Assembly (NCBI GenBank): GCA_963796055.1
Contig: CAWCKH010000004.1
Span: 544,001 to 608,000, forward strand
DNA: 64,000 nt
Source: an uncultured delta proteobacterium
GTDB taxonomy: Bacteria > Myxococcota > Myxococcia > Myxococcales > Myxococcaceae
Reading direction: 5' to 3'
Notes under the pieces: generated by a model
Databases searched by the model: none
Seen by the model: the letters and a program-made list of their open reading frames with translations, nothing else
Told to the model about the DNA's origin: nothing
Made by a program: the position numbers and the translations under genes
Part shown: piece after piece, positions 13,634 to 25,415 of the stretch
Position numbering within the stretch: the stretch's first letter is position 1
Layout of the letters: each line of letters opens with the position of its first letter

Positions 13634-14953
13634 TCAACGGCGTCGGCGGCGGACGAGGAGACCGAGCCCGACGAGCGCCAGGCCCGCGACGGGAGCACCG
13701 AAGGGCAGCGCGGTGCAACCGCCGCTGGCCGAGGCTGCCGGCTGGACCTTCACCGTGAGCGCGGCGGTGGACTGCTGCACGCCGGGGTAGCGCGCATCCG
13801 GGGTCACCATCTTCGCCGTGAGCTGGATTGCGTAGTCACCCTCTGCGTCGGGCCTGAAGATGGGCTTGCCGACGTTGTCCGGGTACGCGTAGGCCCAGTG
13901 ACGGCTGACGCTGGCCACCCCGATGGGGTTCTGGACCGCGGCCGACGAGCCGGAGGGCCGCGCGCTGACGGTCCAGCTGTAGCTGATGCCCACGTTGTTG
14001 CGGTTGGCGAACAGCGGCAGCCGCAGGGCCTCACCCCGCTTGAGGGTGATGCTGCCACCGGCGCTCACCGCGAAGGCGGCGTTGGGGTCGAGGCAGGCGT
14101 TGGGGTTGGACGGGTCGACGACCACGCAGTACCTCGGGTCGCAGACGTCGCCCACGCCGTCGCCGTCGTCGTCGCGCTGGTCGGCGTTGGCGTCCTTGAT
14201 GCAGTTGTCCTGGGCATTCAGCACGCCGTCGTTGTCGATGTCCTTGTCGCAGGCGTCACCGATGCCGTCGTTGTCGGTGTCCTTCTGGTCGACGTTGGCC
14301 ACGGTGGGGCAGTTGTCGCGGGCATCGTCGACGCCGTCATTGTCGGAGTCCACCACGCACTGCACGCCGGGGATGGTGAGGGGGTTGCTGGCATCGGCCG
14401 AGCGGGGGCAGTGGTCCGCCGCGTCGGCGACGCCGTCGTTGTCGTCGTCCTCGTCACAGGCGTCGCCCTTGCCGTCCTGGTCGGTGTCGAGCTGGTCGGC
14501 GTTGGGAATGGTGGGGCAGTTGTCCTGGGCGTTGAGGATGCCGTCGCCGTCGCTGTCGTCATCGCAGGCGTCGCCCTGGCCATCGCCGTCGGTGTCGCGC
14601 TGGTCGGGGTTGGCAACGCTGGGGCAGTTGTCGCAGGCGTTGCCCACGCCGTCACCGTCGCCATCGGCCTGGTCGCGGTTGGCGACGAAGGGGCAGTTGT
14701 CGAAGCCGTCGGACTTGCCGTCACCGTCGGCGTCGTCGGTGTAGGACAGCGTCTTGCCGTCGTCGGTGTAGCTCACCCACACCGAGCAACCGCAGCCGCA
14801 GCCACACCCGCAGCCACAGCCACCGCCCTCTTCCTTGGGCGCGCCGCACTGGGTGCCGAGACATTCCGGGTTGTCAGCGTTCTGCGCTGAGGCCGGCCGG
14901 GCCCAGGCGAGGACGAACCCCAGGAGAAGCAATCCACCAATCCGCGTGCGCAT
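13634..14953 (-). CDS. mtsC: thrombospondin type-3 repeat surface protein with MYXO-CTERM tail (MtsC-like)
   Basis: Signal peptide; [31 protein letters not shown]; many DNCP..N.DQ.D.DGDG.GDACD repeats; C-terminal GGC + hydrophobic + RRRRR sorting signal. Confidence 0.85.
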   Translation of the reverse strand: MRTRIGGLLLLGFVLAWARPASAQNADNPECLGTQCGAPKEEGGGCGCGCGCGCGCSVWVSYTDDGKTLSYTDDADGDGKSDGFDNCPFVANRDQADGDGDGVGNACDNCPSVANPDQRDTDGDGQGDACDDDSDGDGILNAQDNCPTIPNADQLDTDQDGKGDACDEDDDNDGVADAADHCPRSADASNPLTIPGVQCVVDSDNDGVDDARDNCPTVANVDQKDTDNDGIGDACDKDIDNDGVLNAQDNCIKDANADQRDDDGDGVGDVCDPRYCVVVDPSNPNACLDPNAAFAVSAGGSITLKRGEALRLPLFANRNNVGISYSWTVSARPSGSSAAVQNPIGVASVSRHWAYAYPDNVGKPIFRPDAEGDYAIQLTAKMVTPDARYPGVQQSTAALTVKVQPAASASGGCTALPFGAPVAGLALVGLGLLVRRRRR

Positions 14954-14996
14954 CCAGGCCTCCGTTCCCACTCCTCCCGCGCACGATCCGCCTCAC

Positions 14997-15013
14997 AGCA
15001 AGAGGCATTCCTG
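14997..15013 (-). promoter_or_regulatory. possible sigma54 -24/-12 promoter for mtsC
   Basis: - strand CAGGAATGCCTCTTGCT = GG-N10-GC with TTGC at -12, about 45 nt upstream of the ATG; -24 box is imperfect. Confidence 0.35.
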
Positions 15014-15231
15014 ACACCTGTTTCGGTGAAGTGATCGAGACGGTTCCGCGGGTTCTCGGATCGGGCACTCCTGCGGCGCCTCGGGAGATGAGGTCCGCGC
15101 TCCTCACTTTCGCGAGGGGTGCGCTCCACGCCCGGGCGAAGGCAGGGCGCGGGCGCAGCGCGCGGAGCTCGGACGGCCGCCCACAACGTGGCGACAGTAT
15201 TCCGTCCTGCCCGTTTGGGTGCGCCGCGGCC

Positions 15232-16800
15232 TCAGTGTTCTCCCGATGCGTCGTCCACCGGGGACGTCACCCAGGGCGCCACCGCGAAGCACACCGCCAT
15301 CACCGCGTAGCCCACGGCCCAGGGCCACGCCGGGGTGAGCGACAGCACCGTGTCCGCCGCCGTCCACCGGTAGGAGTGGATGAGGCCCACCGCCGAGAGC
15401 ACTGCCCCGGCGACGCACCATCCCGCCGCTTGCCGGAAGCGGCGCTCGATGACACAGACCGTCGCCGCGGCGAGCAGCACGCTGCTGAGGATGAAGCCCT
15501 GCTCGAGGCGCAGCGCCCCGTCCATCCACAGGTCCGAACGGAGAAACGCCGTCAGGAGCTCCTCCGAGAAGGGCCGGCCCCCGGGAACGCCTAGACCGGC
15601 GGCGTGCAGCCCGGACTTGGCCATGTAGACGCCCCAGGCCGCGAGGCTGGGGAGCAGGCCCACCACCACCGCCGGCGCGTGGGTGCGGGGTGTCGCCTGG
15701 AACGCCTGGGCGCCCATGACGATGCCGATCCACAGGACGATGGCCATCCCGGCGTCGATGGGGACCGCCCAGGCGATCCACTGCACGGTGCCGGTGAGGC
15801 AGATCAGGGTCATGAAGACGCCGTTGAGCACCGAGTACCCGGCACGGGCCCCGAGCGCCTTCCACCCCGGATGGCCGATGTAGAGCGTCGTCGGAAAGCA
15901 CGAGCCGAAGGCGCAGGCGGCGAGCGTTCCCACGCCGTTCACCGCCAGCGAGATCCCCGCCGGGTACTCGTCGCCCGCCGCTCGGGCGGACTCGATGTTC
16001 TCGATCGACCCCACCGTGGCGAAGAGCCCCATCGGGAGGATGACCGAGAAGTACGCCGTCCAGAACCCGCCGCCGAACGCGCTGAACAGCGCGCCCAGCA
16101 CCGGCGTCGGAGGGTGGAGCGCCGGACCGGGCGGGGCGGCGCCCGCGGGGACCAGCCCGGTGAGCCAGGCGAAGCACGTTCCCAGGGCGATCGCCACCAG
16201 CCCCCCGGGGAGCCCGCCGCGGAAGCGCACCCGGCCGAAGTAGACCAGGAGGATGATCGCCAGCGTGCCGAGCCCGATGACCGGCCGGGCATAGGCGCGG
16301 AAGAGGAACCCGATGGCGATGAAGGTCAGGGCGATGCCCGCCAGGGTGGAGAGCAGCGCGGCGCGTGGAGTGGAGCTCCGCACACGCTCGGACACGGTGC
16401 TCCCCAGCAGCTCGATGGCTCCGGAGCCGAAGCAGGCCACCAGCCCCGCCTGCCACGCCACCTGCGCCGGATCCGCCGCGCCCGCCGCCTCCGCCGCCAG
16501 CTTCGCCGGCAGCATCACCAGGAACACGTGGGCGAAGAGGGAGACGGTGTTGATGCCGTAGGGCAATGCACAGACGTCGTCCCGGCCGGTGGCACGCGCC
16601 AGGCGCATCGCCTGCCAGGCGTAGAAGAGATTGCCCACCAGGAGCGAGACCGCGGCGCCGGGGAGGATGCGCCCGTAGATCAGCGCGGCGGGGAAGCCCA
16701 GCACCACCCGGCACAGCTCGGAGAGCACCAGCAGCTGCACCAGGTTGTCCAGCGCCAGGCCGAAGAACCCGTCGATGTCTCCGCGGACGAACCAGCGCAT
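15232..16800 (-). CDS. NCS2/AzgA-like nucleobase permease
   Basis: [50 protein letters not shown]; about 13 hydrophobic segments. Confidence 0.85.
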   Translation of the reverse strand: MRWFVRGDIDGFFGLALDNLVQLLVLSELCRVVLGFPAALIYGRILPGAAVSLLVGNLFYAWQAMRLARATGRDDVCALPYGINTVSLFAHVFLVMLPAKLAAEAAGAADPAQVAWQAGLVACFGSGAIELLGSTVSERVRSSTPRAALLSTLAGIALTFIAIGFLFRAYARPVIGLGTLAIILLVYFGRVRFRGGLPGGLVAIALGTCFAWLTGLVPAGAAPPGPALHPPTPVLGALFSAFGGGFWTAYFSVILPMGLFATVGSIENIESARAAGDEYPAGISLAVNGVGTLAACAFGSCFPTTLYIGHPGWKALGARAGYSVLNGVFMTLICLTGTVQWIAWAVPIDAGMAIVLWIGIVMGAQAFQATPRTHAPAVVVGLLPSLAAWGVYMAKSGLHAAGLGVPGGRPFSEELLTAFLRSDLWMDGALRLEQGFILSSVLLAAATVCVIERRFRQAAGWCVAGAVLSAVGLIHSYRWTAADTVLSLTPAWPWAVGYAVMAVCFAVAPWVTSPVDDASGEH

Positions 16801-16807
16801 CCGTGAT

Positions 16808-18139
16808 TCACCTCGCCGGGACGGCGGTGTCGGCTGGAGCGCCGGTCAACCGGGGCAGCACCTCGTCCGCGACCGCCGTCACCCGCTCCGCCAGCGCGTG
16901 CGCCTCGGCGAGGAGCTGCTGCTTCCGGGCCGACCGATTGCCGAGGACGAAGAAGAGCCGCGCGTCCCGGAGGGCCTCCGCCCGCCGCGCGAGGAACCGC
17001 CGGGTGAAGAGCGCCAGGGGCAACGCCCCGGCGGCGAGGGCCACCCCCCACCACGGTCCGAATCGGAGCCCGACACCCACCGCGAGCACGGCCACGTAGA
17101 GCGGACCGAGCACCAGGGCGGCCAGCAGCTTCACCGTGGCCACCATGTCCGGCGCGGTGCCCGCGAGCCGCAGCGCCAGCCGGGCGCCGAGCACGGGCAG
17201 GGCGAAGAGCACCACGCCCAGCGCCGCCAGGGGTAGCCCGAGCACCAGGGCGAGGAGGTTACGGAGCGCGAACCGGAGCACCGTCCCGGGACGGTAGCGG
17301 ATACCGAGGTCGGTGGCGTCGGCGCGGGTGAGCGCCAGCCGGCGCTGGAAGGCGAGCACCTCGCCGGCGAGCTCCGCCGCGCGCTCGGGCTGCTCGGCCC
17401 GGAGGAGCGCGAGCCCCCGGGCGAAAAGACGCTGCCGCTCGGCATCGCGCGCCGGGGCGTCGGTGGCGAGGACGTAGAGCGCGTCGGCGGCGGCGATGAG
17501 CGGCAGGTCCTCCCAGGCGGCGAGGTCGAGGGTGAGCAGGCGGAGCGCCACCGCGATGCGCTCGGTCAGCGCGCGCACCCGCTCGGGCTCGACCGGGGCC
17601 GGGACCACCTCCAGCGCCGGTCCGAACTCGACCCGCACCGCGCTGCGGAACCGGTCCTTCTCCGCATAGGTGAGCCCCACCGGGACGATGCGCACCGGAA
17701 CGCCCGCCTGGAGCGCCATCCGCGCCGCACCGGTCTTCAGCGCCCCGAGCGACGGCTCGGAGTGGCTCCTCCCCTCGGGAAAGAGGGCGATGGCCCGTCC
17801 GGCGGCGAGCCCGCGGGCGGCGGCCTCGAGCGCCTCGATGTTCTCGCGCATCCGGGAGGGGTCGTCCTGGACGCGGACCACCGGAAGCGCTCCGAGCGCA
17901 CGCACCAGCGCGCCCAGCACCGGCATCCGGAAGATGGGCTCCTTGGCCAGGAAGGTGAGCGGGCGCGAGGAGACGGCGATCATCAGCCCCGGATCGACCA
18001 GCCCGTTCGGGTGGTTGCCCACCAGCAGCAGCGGACCTTCTGGAAGACGGGGACCGGCGCGCTCGATGCGGTAGAAGCAGCGCAGCGCGAAGGACACCAC
18101 GCTTCGAACGGCGGCGTAGGTGCGTTGACTGGGGGCCAT
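16808..18139 (-). CDS. lysophospholipid/glycerol acyltransferase family membrane protein
   Basis: NHPNGLVD (HX4D), FLAKE, LFPEGRS, LKTGAAR; C-terminal TM helices. Confidence 0.9.
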   Translation of the reverse strand: MAPSQRTYAAVRSVVSFALRCFYRIERAGPRLPEGPLLLVGNHPNGLVDPGLMIAVSSRPLTFLAKEPIFRMPVLGALVRALGALPVVRVQDDPSRMRENIEALEAAARGLAAGRAIALFPEGRSHSEPSLGALKTGAARMALQAGVPVRIVPVGLTYAEKDRFRSAVRVEFGPALEVVPAPVEPERVRALTERIAVALRLLTLDLAAWEDLPLIAAADALYVLATDAPARDAERQRLFARGLALLRAEQPERAAELAGEVLAFQRRLALTRADATDLGIRYRPGTVLRFALRNLLALVLGLPLAALGVVLFALPVLGARLALRLAGTAPDMVATVKLLAALVLGPLYVAVLAVGVGLRFGPWWGVALAAGALPLALFTRRFLARRAEALRDARLFFVLGNRSARKQQLLAEAHALAERVTAVADEVLPRLTGAPADTAVPAR

Positions 18140-18201
18140 CCGGCGCACTCCACCCTCTCATCCCCCGGACCCCCTGGCCAGTTGCTAGGGTCGGACGCTC
18201 C

Positions 18202-19626
18202 ATGGCACCGGAGCCATCGGGGAACGGCAAGAGGAGGGTGCTCGGGCTGGGCGCGGATCCGGGCGGCCTGTCCCCAGGGCTCAAGACATTACTGTTCTTC
18301 CTGGTCCTGGGGGTGCTGGGAGCGCTCTTCGCCATGACCGACCCCGAGGCCAGCCTCCGGCACCTCAAGGTCGGGTTCCTCTCCGGCGGGGTGAAAGGCA
18401 ACTACTTCGCCATCGTCGACCGGATCGCCGTCGGCGCCTCGCGGCGCAAGGGGCGGATCACCAACCTCACCTCCGCGGGCTCGGTGGAGAACGTCCGGCG
18501 GTTGATCGCCGCACGCTCCGCCGGCTGCAAGGCGCACTTCGCCCTGGTCCAGGAAGGCACCGAGCTGCCGGTAGACCACAACCTCGAGCTCATCGGGCGG
18601 CTCACCCGGCCAGAGTCGCTGGTGATCCTGGGGAAGAACGTCGACCGCGTCGTCTCCCCCAGGGACCTGCAAGGGCTGCGGCTGGGCATCGGCCCGGCGG
18701 GGAGCGGCAGCGAGGCCCTGATGCGACGGCTGCTGGCTCCGCTGAGCGGGCTGCAGCTGCAGATCTCCACCCAGCCCGTCGACGAGCAGATCTACAAGCT
18801 CGAGCGAGGTGAGCTGGACCTCGGGGCGATGGTGACCGAGCAGGACGCCGACCAGCTCAGGGAGGCCGTCCGCAGCCGCGGGCTCCAGATACTCGGCTTG
18901 CCGCGCGCCGAGGCCCTCGCTCACGACCTGCCGTTCCTCCGGGTGGGTCGCGTCGAAGCAGGCCATTACGACCCGGTGGTCGGGCTGCCGCCGACCGACA
19001 AGCCGGTCCTGCTGGTGGACACGCTCATCATCGGGAACGGGTGCGCCAGCCGTTCGGCGACCTCGGGGCTGATCTCCGTGCTCGCCGACATCTACCCTCA
19101 GTTCCTCAAGCACAACCGGGATACGCCGAACCTCAGCGGGCTGCCTTACTCCACGGTCGCCCGGGCGTACTTCGACAGCGGAGGCCCGGACCTGGTCGGC
19201 GTCTACGCCCCGTGGGTGGTGGACATCATGCCCACCGCCAGCTGGGTGGAGCTGGCGCTGGGCATCTCGGTGCTGTTCAACGCCATGGGGGCCGTCAGCC
19301 GCTTCCGGCTCTGGAGGCTGGACTCGAACCGGGTGGCGATCGAGAAGGAGATCTCCCGGCTCTTCGGCGCCGGCATCACGGTGGGCGAGATCCGCCGAGC
19401 CCGGCCGGCGGCCGGGCTCGGAGCCGAGGAGGTCGAGGTCGGGGTGCAGCAGGCGATGCGGCGTCTGGAGGCGCTGTACGGGCGGTGCCGCACGCAGTCG
19501 GTCTCCATCTTCGTCCCGATGGGCGCCGAGATGGCGTACCGCTACCAGGAAAATCTGATGATCGACCTGATCCAGGCGCTGCGAACGTATTGCGAGGGGC
19601 GGGAGTCGGCGCGGCGGATGGCCTGA
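18202..19626 (+). CDS. membrane-anchored TAXI-family solute-binding-like protein
   Basis: N-terminal TM; FLSGGVKGNY, TSAGSVEN, FALVQEG, IGPAGSGS; second TM near C-terminus. Confidence 0.7.
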   Translation: MAPEPSGNGKRRVLGLGADPGGLSPGLKTLLFFLVLGVLGALFAMTDPEASLRHLKVGFLSGGVKGNYFAIVDRIAVGASRRKGRITNLTSAGSVENVRRLIAARSAGCKAHFALVQEGTELPVDHNLELIGRLTRPESLVILGKNVDRVVSPRDLQGLRLGIGPAGSGSEALMRRLLAPLSGLQLQISTQPVDEQIYKLERGELDLGAMVTEQDADQLREAVRSRGLQILGLPRAEALAHDLPFLRVGRVEAGHYDPVVGLPPTDKPVLLVDTLIIGNGCASRSATSGLISVLADIYPQFLKHNRDTPNLSGLPYSTVARAYFDSGGPDLVGVYAPWVVDIMPTASWVELALGISVLFNAMGAVSRFRLWRLDSNRVAIEKEISRLFGAGITVGEIRRARPAAGLGAEEVEVGVQQAMRRLEALYGRCRTQSVSIFVPMGAEMAYRYQENLMIDLIQALRTYCEGRESARRMA

Positions 19627-19636
19627 CCGCCGGAAC

Positions 19637-20731
19637 TCACCCCGCCGCCCGCGGCCCCGCGGCCAGCGCCCGGCCGGCCCGGACCGCCTCGGCCAGGCCG
19701 CCCAGGACCTCCTCGGTGGCGTCCCAGCCGAGACAGGCATCGGTGATGCTCTGCCCATAGGTGAGCTGGGAGCGGGGACCGGGCGCCTGCCGGCCCTCGA
19801 CGAGGTGGCTCTCCAGCATCACCCCGAACACCGCCTGGTCACCCCCGGCGCGGCGGGCCGCGAGCTCGCCGGCCACGGCGATCTGCCGGCGCGGGTCCTT
19901 CCCGCTGTTCCCGTGCGAGCAGTCCACCATCAGCCGGGGCCGCTGCCCTGCCTCGCGAAGCCCGGCGCAGGCGGCAGCGACCGAGGCGGCGTCGTAGTTG
20001 GGCCCGCTGGTCGCGCCGCGCAGGATGAGGTGGGTGTCGGGGTTGCCCTTGGTCTCGACGATCGCCGCCAGCCCCTGCTTGGTGACCGAGAGGAAGCAGT
20101 GCGGATTGCCGGAGGCGGTCACCGCGTCGATGGCGATCTTCACGTTGCCGTCGGTGCCGTTCTTGAACCCCACCGGCATCGAGAGCCCCGAGGCCAGCTC
20201 GCGGTGCACCTGGCTCTCGGTGGTGCGAGCGCCGATCGCCCCCCAGGACACGGTGTCGGCGAGGAACTGCGGGGTGATGGTGTCCAGGAACTCGCAGCCG
20301 GCGCGGATTCCTTGGTCGGCGAGCCCCACCAGCAGCCCCCGCGCCAGGGTAAGCCCCTCGTTGATCCGGAAGCTCCCGTCGAGGTGCGGGTCGTTGATCA
20401 GCCCCTTCCAGCCCACCCGCGTCCGCGGCTTCTCGAAGTAGACCCGCATCACCAGCAGCAACGCGTCGGAGAGCCGGCGCTCCACCGCCGCCAGCCGCTC
20501 GGCGTAGGCCCGGGCGGCGTCCACGTCGTGGATCGAGCACGGGCCGACCACCACCAGGAGCCGGTCGTCGAGCCCGTGGAGGACGGCGCTCACCTCGCGG
20601 CGGGCGGAGTAGACGAAGGTCTCGGCTTCCGGCCCGAGCGGGAGCTGCTCGATGAGGATGGCGGGAGGCAGGACCGGGCGCAGGCGCGCGATCCGGACGT
20701 CGTCGATTCGGTTGAGGGGCATATCGGGCAT
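19637..20731 (-). CDS. aroG: 3-deoxy-7-phosphoheptulonate (DAHP) synthase, class I
   Basis: VGPCSIHD, RVYFEKPRT..GWKGLINDP, IGARTTESQVHRELASGLS, DCSHGNS, YGQSITDACLGW. Confidence 0.95.
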   Translation of the reverse strand: MPDMPLNRIDDVRIARLRPVLPPAILIEQLPLGPEAETFVYSARREVSAVLHGLDDRLLVVVGPCSIHDVDAARAYAERLAAVERRLSDALLLVMRVYFEKPRTRVGWKGLINDPHLDGSFRINEGLTLARGLLVGLADQGIRAGCEFLDTITPQFLADTVSWGAIGARTTESQVHRELASGLSMPVGFKNGTDGNVKIAIDAVTASGNPHCFLSVTKQGLAAIVETKGNPDTHLILRGATSGPNYDAASVAAACAGLREAGQRPRLMVDCSHGNSGKDPRRQIAVAGELAARRAGGDQAVFGVMLESHLVEGRQAPGPRSQLTYGQSITDACLGWDATEEVLGGLAEAVRAGRALAAGPRAAG

Positions 20732-20789
20732 GCAGGCGACGGGGCCAGGATGCCAGACACCCCGGGGCCCGGTCGACCCCGGCCGCCGT

Positions 20790-22775
20790 TCAGCGCGGGG
20801 CGGGCTGCCGCGGGCTGCCGAGGTACCGGTCGAACCACCGCACCTCGCGTTGCATGGCGTCCAGCACGTGCGCCGGATCGCGGAACTTGTGTCCCTCGTC
20901 CGCGTAGACCACCAGCTCGGTGGGGACCGCGAGCGTCTTCAGCCCGTGCCAGAACTCGTAGCTCTGCGGGGCAGGGCACTCGGCGTCGCGCTCGCCCACC
21001 AGCACCAGGGTCGGCGTCTCGACCCGGGTGATGAACTGCATCGGCGAGCTGCGGGCGTACACCGCCGGCTCGGCGTACACCGTGCCACCGAAGTACGGCA
21101 GCATCCACTGGTCGATCTTGTTCTGCCCGTAATAGCTCAGCCAGTTGGCGATGCCTGCGCTCGCCATCGCGGCCTTGAAGCGCCGGGTCTGCGTCACCGC
21201 GAACATCGCCATGTACCCGCCGTAGCTGTGACCGCGGATGCCGACCCGGCTGCCGTCCACCCTGCCGGTGCGCACCGCCGCGTCTACCCCGGCGAGGATG
21301 TCCCTCAGGTCGCCATGGCCGAAGTCCTTCACGTTGGCCCGGGTGAAGGCCTCCCCCTGACCGAAGCTCCCCCGCGGGTTCGGGGCGAGCACCGCGAAAC
21401 CCTGGCTCACCAGCACGAGCAGCTTCGCCTCGAAGCTGTTCTTCGCCGCCGAGGCCGGGCCGCCGTGGACGTTGACCACCAGCGGCCGCTTGCCCGGGAA
21501 GACGTCCTCCGGTGGCAGGTAGAGCCAGCCCTGGACGTTCCAGCGCTCGCTCATCCAGGCGAGGCGCTCCACGCGGGCCGCCGGGCTCTTCAACGCGCGG
21601 TTCACCCGCGACAGCTGGGTCCAGCGACCCACCGGACCGACCCACACCTCGGGGGGCTCGAGGCCGGTCTCGCGGGCGACCGCCACCGTCGATCCGTCGG
21701 CGGAGTATGCGGCCGAGGTCCCGTGGCGGGCCGTCAGATGCTCGGGGCCGTGCCAGAGCACGCCGGGCGTGCCCGACCGGTCCGGGTCGATGTGGAGGAA
21801 CGCCGAGTCGCCCCCCATCACCGCCGCTGCCACCAGGCCGGCGCCAGGGGTCCACGACAGCTGCGACGCGGACGCGCGCATGCCGGGCGTCACGTTGCGC
21901 GCCCCCGCGCCGCTCACCGGAACGACGTGCACGTCGCCCCCGTTTGCCCCGGCGTCGCTCATCAGCCCCTCGATGAAGGCCACGCGCTTGCCGTCCGGAC
22001 TCCACGTCGGCTCGCAGATCTGCAGCGCCGGGTGGTGCAGCACCCGCACCGCGCCGCCGGCGCTGGGGATGAGGAAGAGCTCGGCGCTCCACCAGTTGTC
22101 GTCGCCGGAACCGTGCGCCGCGGTGGCCACGAACGTCGTTCCGTCCGGGCTCCAGGCATACTCGTAGACGAACAGATCCTCCGGGGACACGGGGGCCAGC
22201 CGCCCGCCCTCGGCGGGGACGAGCGCGATCCGCTGCTCACGCACCACCGAGCCGATGACGCCGGTTTCGCGCGGGCTGGGGCCGAGCGGGCCCAGCGCGT
22301 CCGCCGCTCCCTCGAGGTACAGCACGGCGAGCCGCTTGCCGTCCGGAGACCAGCGTGGAGTTTCCAGGTGCCCGCTGGCCTGCGTCAGCTTGCGAACCGC
22401 GCCGCTCGCCACGTCGGCCAGGTAGAGCTGGGGCTGGCCGGTCTGCTCGGCGTCGGAGAGGAAGGCCAGCCACTTCCCATCGGGAGAAAAGACCGGCTCG
22501 TCCTCCTCGTGGTCCGCTCCGTCCCGGGCGGCGGTGATGCGCACCGGGTTCCCGCCGCTCCGCGCGGCCAGACGGAGGATCCTCAACCGGCCGGACGGCC
22601 CTGCCGGGGTCGGCGCCGCCTCCGCCCAGGCGACCCGTTCGCCATCCGGAGAGAGGGCGACTCGCTCGATCTTCACCAGCCGGTTCAGCTCGGCCAGCGA
22701 GGACTCCACCGTGGGGTGGGTGGCAGCCGCGGACAGGGCAGTGAGCGTCAGGAGGGTGAGCGTGATCAGAGGCAA
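20790..22775 (-). CDS. secreted S9 family peptidase (beta-propeller + catalytic domain)
   Basis: Signal peptide; repeated WSPDG motifs; VHGGP, GHSYGG nucleophile, GERDAEC, DEGH. Confidence 0.93.
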   Translation of the reverse strand: MPLITLTLLTLTALSAAATHPTVESSLAELNRLVKIERVALSPDGERVAWAEAAPTPAGPSGRLRILRLAARSGGNPVRITAARDGADHEEDEPVFSPDGKWLAFLSDAEQTGQPQLYLADVASGAVRKLTQASGHLETPRWSPDGKRLAVLYLEGAADALGPLGPSPRETGVIGSVVREQRIALVPAEGGRLAPVSPEDLFVYEYAWSPDGTTFVATAAHGSGDDNWWSAELFLIPSAGGAVRVLHHPALQICEPTWSPDGKRVAFIEGLMSDAGANGGDVHVVPVSGAGARNVTPGMRASASQLSWTPGAGLVAAAVMGGDSAFLHIDPDRSGTPGVLWHGPEHLTARHGTSAAYSADGSTVAVARETGLEPPEVWVGPVGRWTQLSRVNRALKSPAARVERLAWMSERWNVQGWLYLPPEDVFPGKRPLVVNVHGGPASAAKNSFEAKLLVLVSQGFAVLAPNPRGSFGQGEAFTRANVKDFGHGDLRDILAGVDAAVRTGRVDGSRVGIRGHSYGGYMAMFAVTQTRRFKAAMASAGIANWLSYYGQNKIDQWMLPYFGGTVYAEPAVYARSSPMQFITRVETPTLVLVGERDAECPAPQSYEFWHGLKTLAVPTELVVYADEGHKFRDPAHVLDAMQREVRWFDRYLGSPRQPAPR

Positions 22776-22901
22776 TCTCCCGGGGCCGGGGGGCGGCAGA
22801 GTACCCGGAAGCAGCCGGGACGCCAGGGCTCAGGAGAGCCGCGCGAGCCACGTGGTCCGCTATGCTCCGCGCCCCTCGAAGTTCTCCCTGGGAGTCACCA
22901 C

Positions 22902-23731
22902 GTGCCGCGTCGCATCCGTCTCGCCCTGCTCCCCGCCATGCTCGCTTCCGGCGCAGCGCTCGCCCAGGCCACGCCCAAGCTCGACCTGCCCCGTCCGAGC
23001 CCCAAGGGCTCGGTGACCCAGAACGTCGGCCTGACGGAGGTGTCGGTCGGCTACTCCAGCCCGGCGGTGAAGGGCCGGAGGATTCTGGGGCGAGGTGGTA
23101 CCTTTCGACGAGGTCTGGCGCGCCGGGGCGAACGAGTGCACCAAGGTGAGCTTCTCCACCCCGGTCTCCATCGAGGGCAAGCCTGTCACGGCCGGCGCCT
23201 ATTGCCTGTTCCTGCTGCCCCGCAAGACCGGCTGGACCTTCATCCTCAGCAAGAACACCGAGCAGGCGGGCACGGGCGACTACAAGCAGAGCGAGGACGC
23301 GCTCCGGGTTGCGGCCACCTCGAGCACCATCCCCCTGCGCGAGCGGATGGCCTTCGCCATCCTCGACTTCGACGACGAGAAGGGCACCCTGGCCATGGAG
23401 TGGGAGAAGCTTCAAGTGTCGGTGAGGTTCACCACCGGCACCCGGGAGAAGGTGCTCGCCCAGATCCGCGCGCTCGAGGGCGACGACTGGAGGCCCTACA
23501 ACAACGCGGCCCGGTACCTGCTCGGCGCCGGCATCGAGCCTGCGCTGGCGATGCAGCTGACGGACCGCTCCATCCGCCTCCAGGAAACGTGGAACAACGT
23601 CTGGACCCGCGCGCAGCTCCTCCACGCCGCGGGGAAGAACGGCGAGGCGCTCGCCGCCGCCCAGCGCGCCCAGACGCTGGGGAAGGCCTCGGCGAACTTC
23701 TTCGAGGCCGACGCCGTCGCCAAGGCGCTGG

Positions 23732-23748
<17 letters not shown>
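22902..23748 (+). CDS. DUF2911 domain secreted protein with TPR-like tail (one-base insertion at ~23084)
   Basis: LDLPRPSPKGSVTQNVGLTEVSVGYSSPAVKGRRI then, shifted, WGEVVPFDEVWRAGANE; removing one T in AGGATTCTGG restores the frame. Confidence 0.8.
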
Positions 23749-25348
<1,600 letters not shown>

Positions 25349-25415
25349 GGGGGCGCCCTCCTGCCACCGGCTGAAGGACGACCCTCTCACCCCCCGCCGC
25401 GGCGATCCACGGTCC

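Noticed and set aside
14100..14770. Repetitive GTCGCCGTC-rich tract resembling a DNA repeat array
   Set aside because: Explained by the thrombospondin type-3 protein repeats of MtsC; no constant repeat-spacer structure, so not CRISPR
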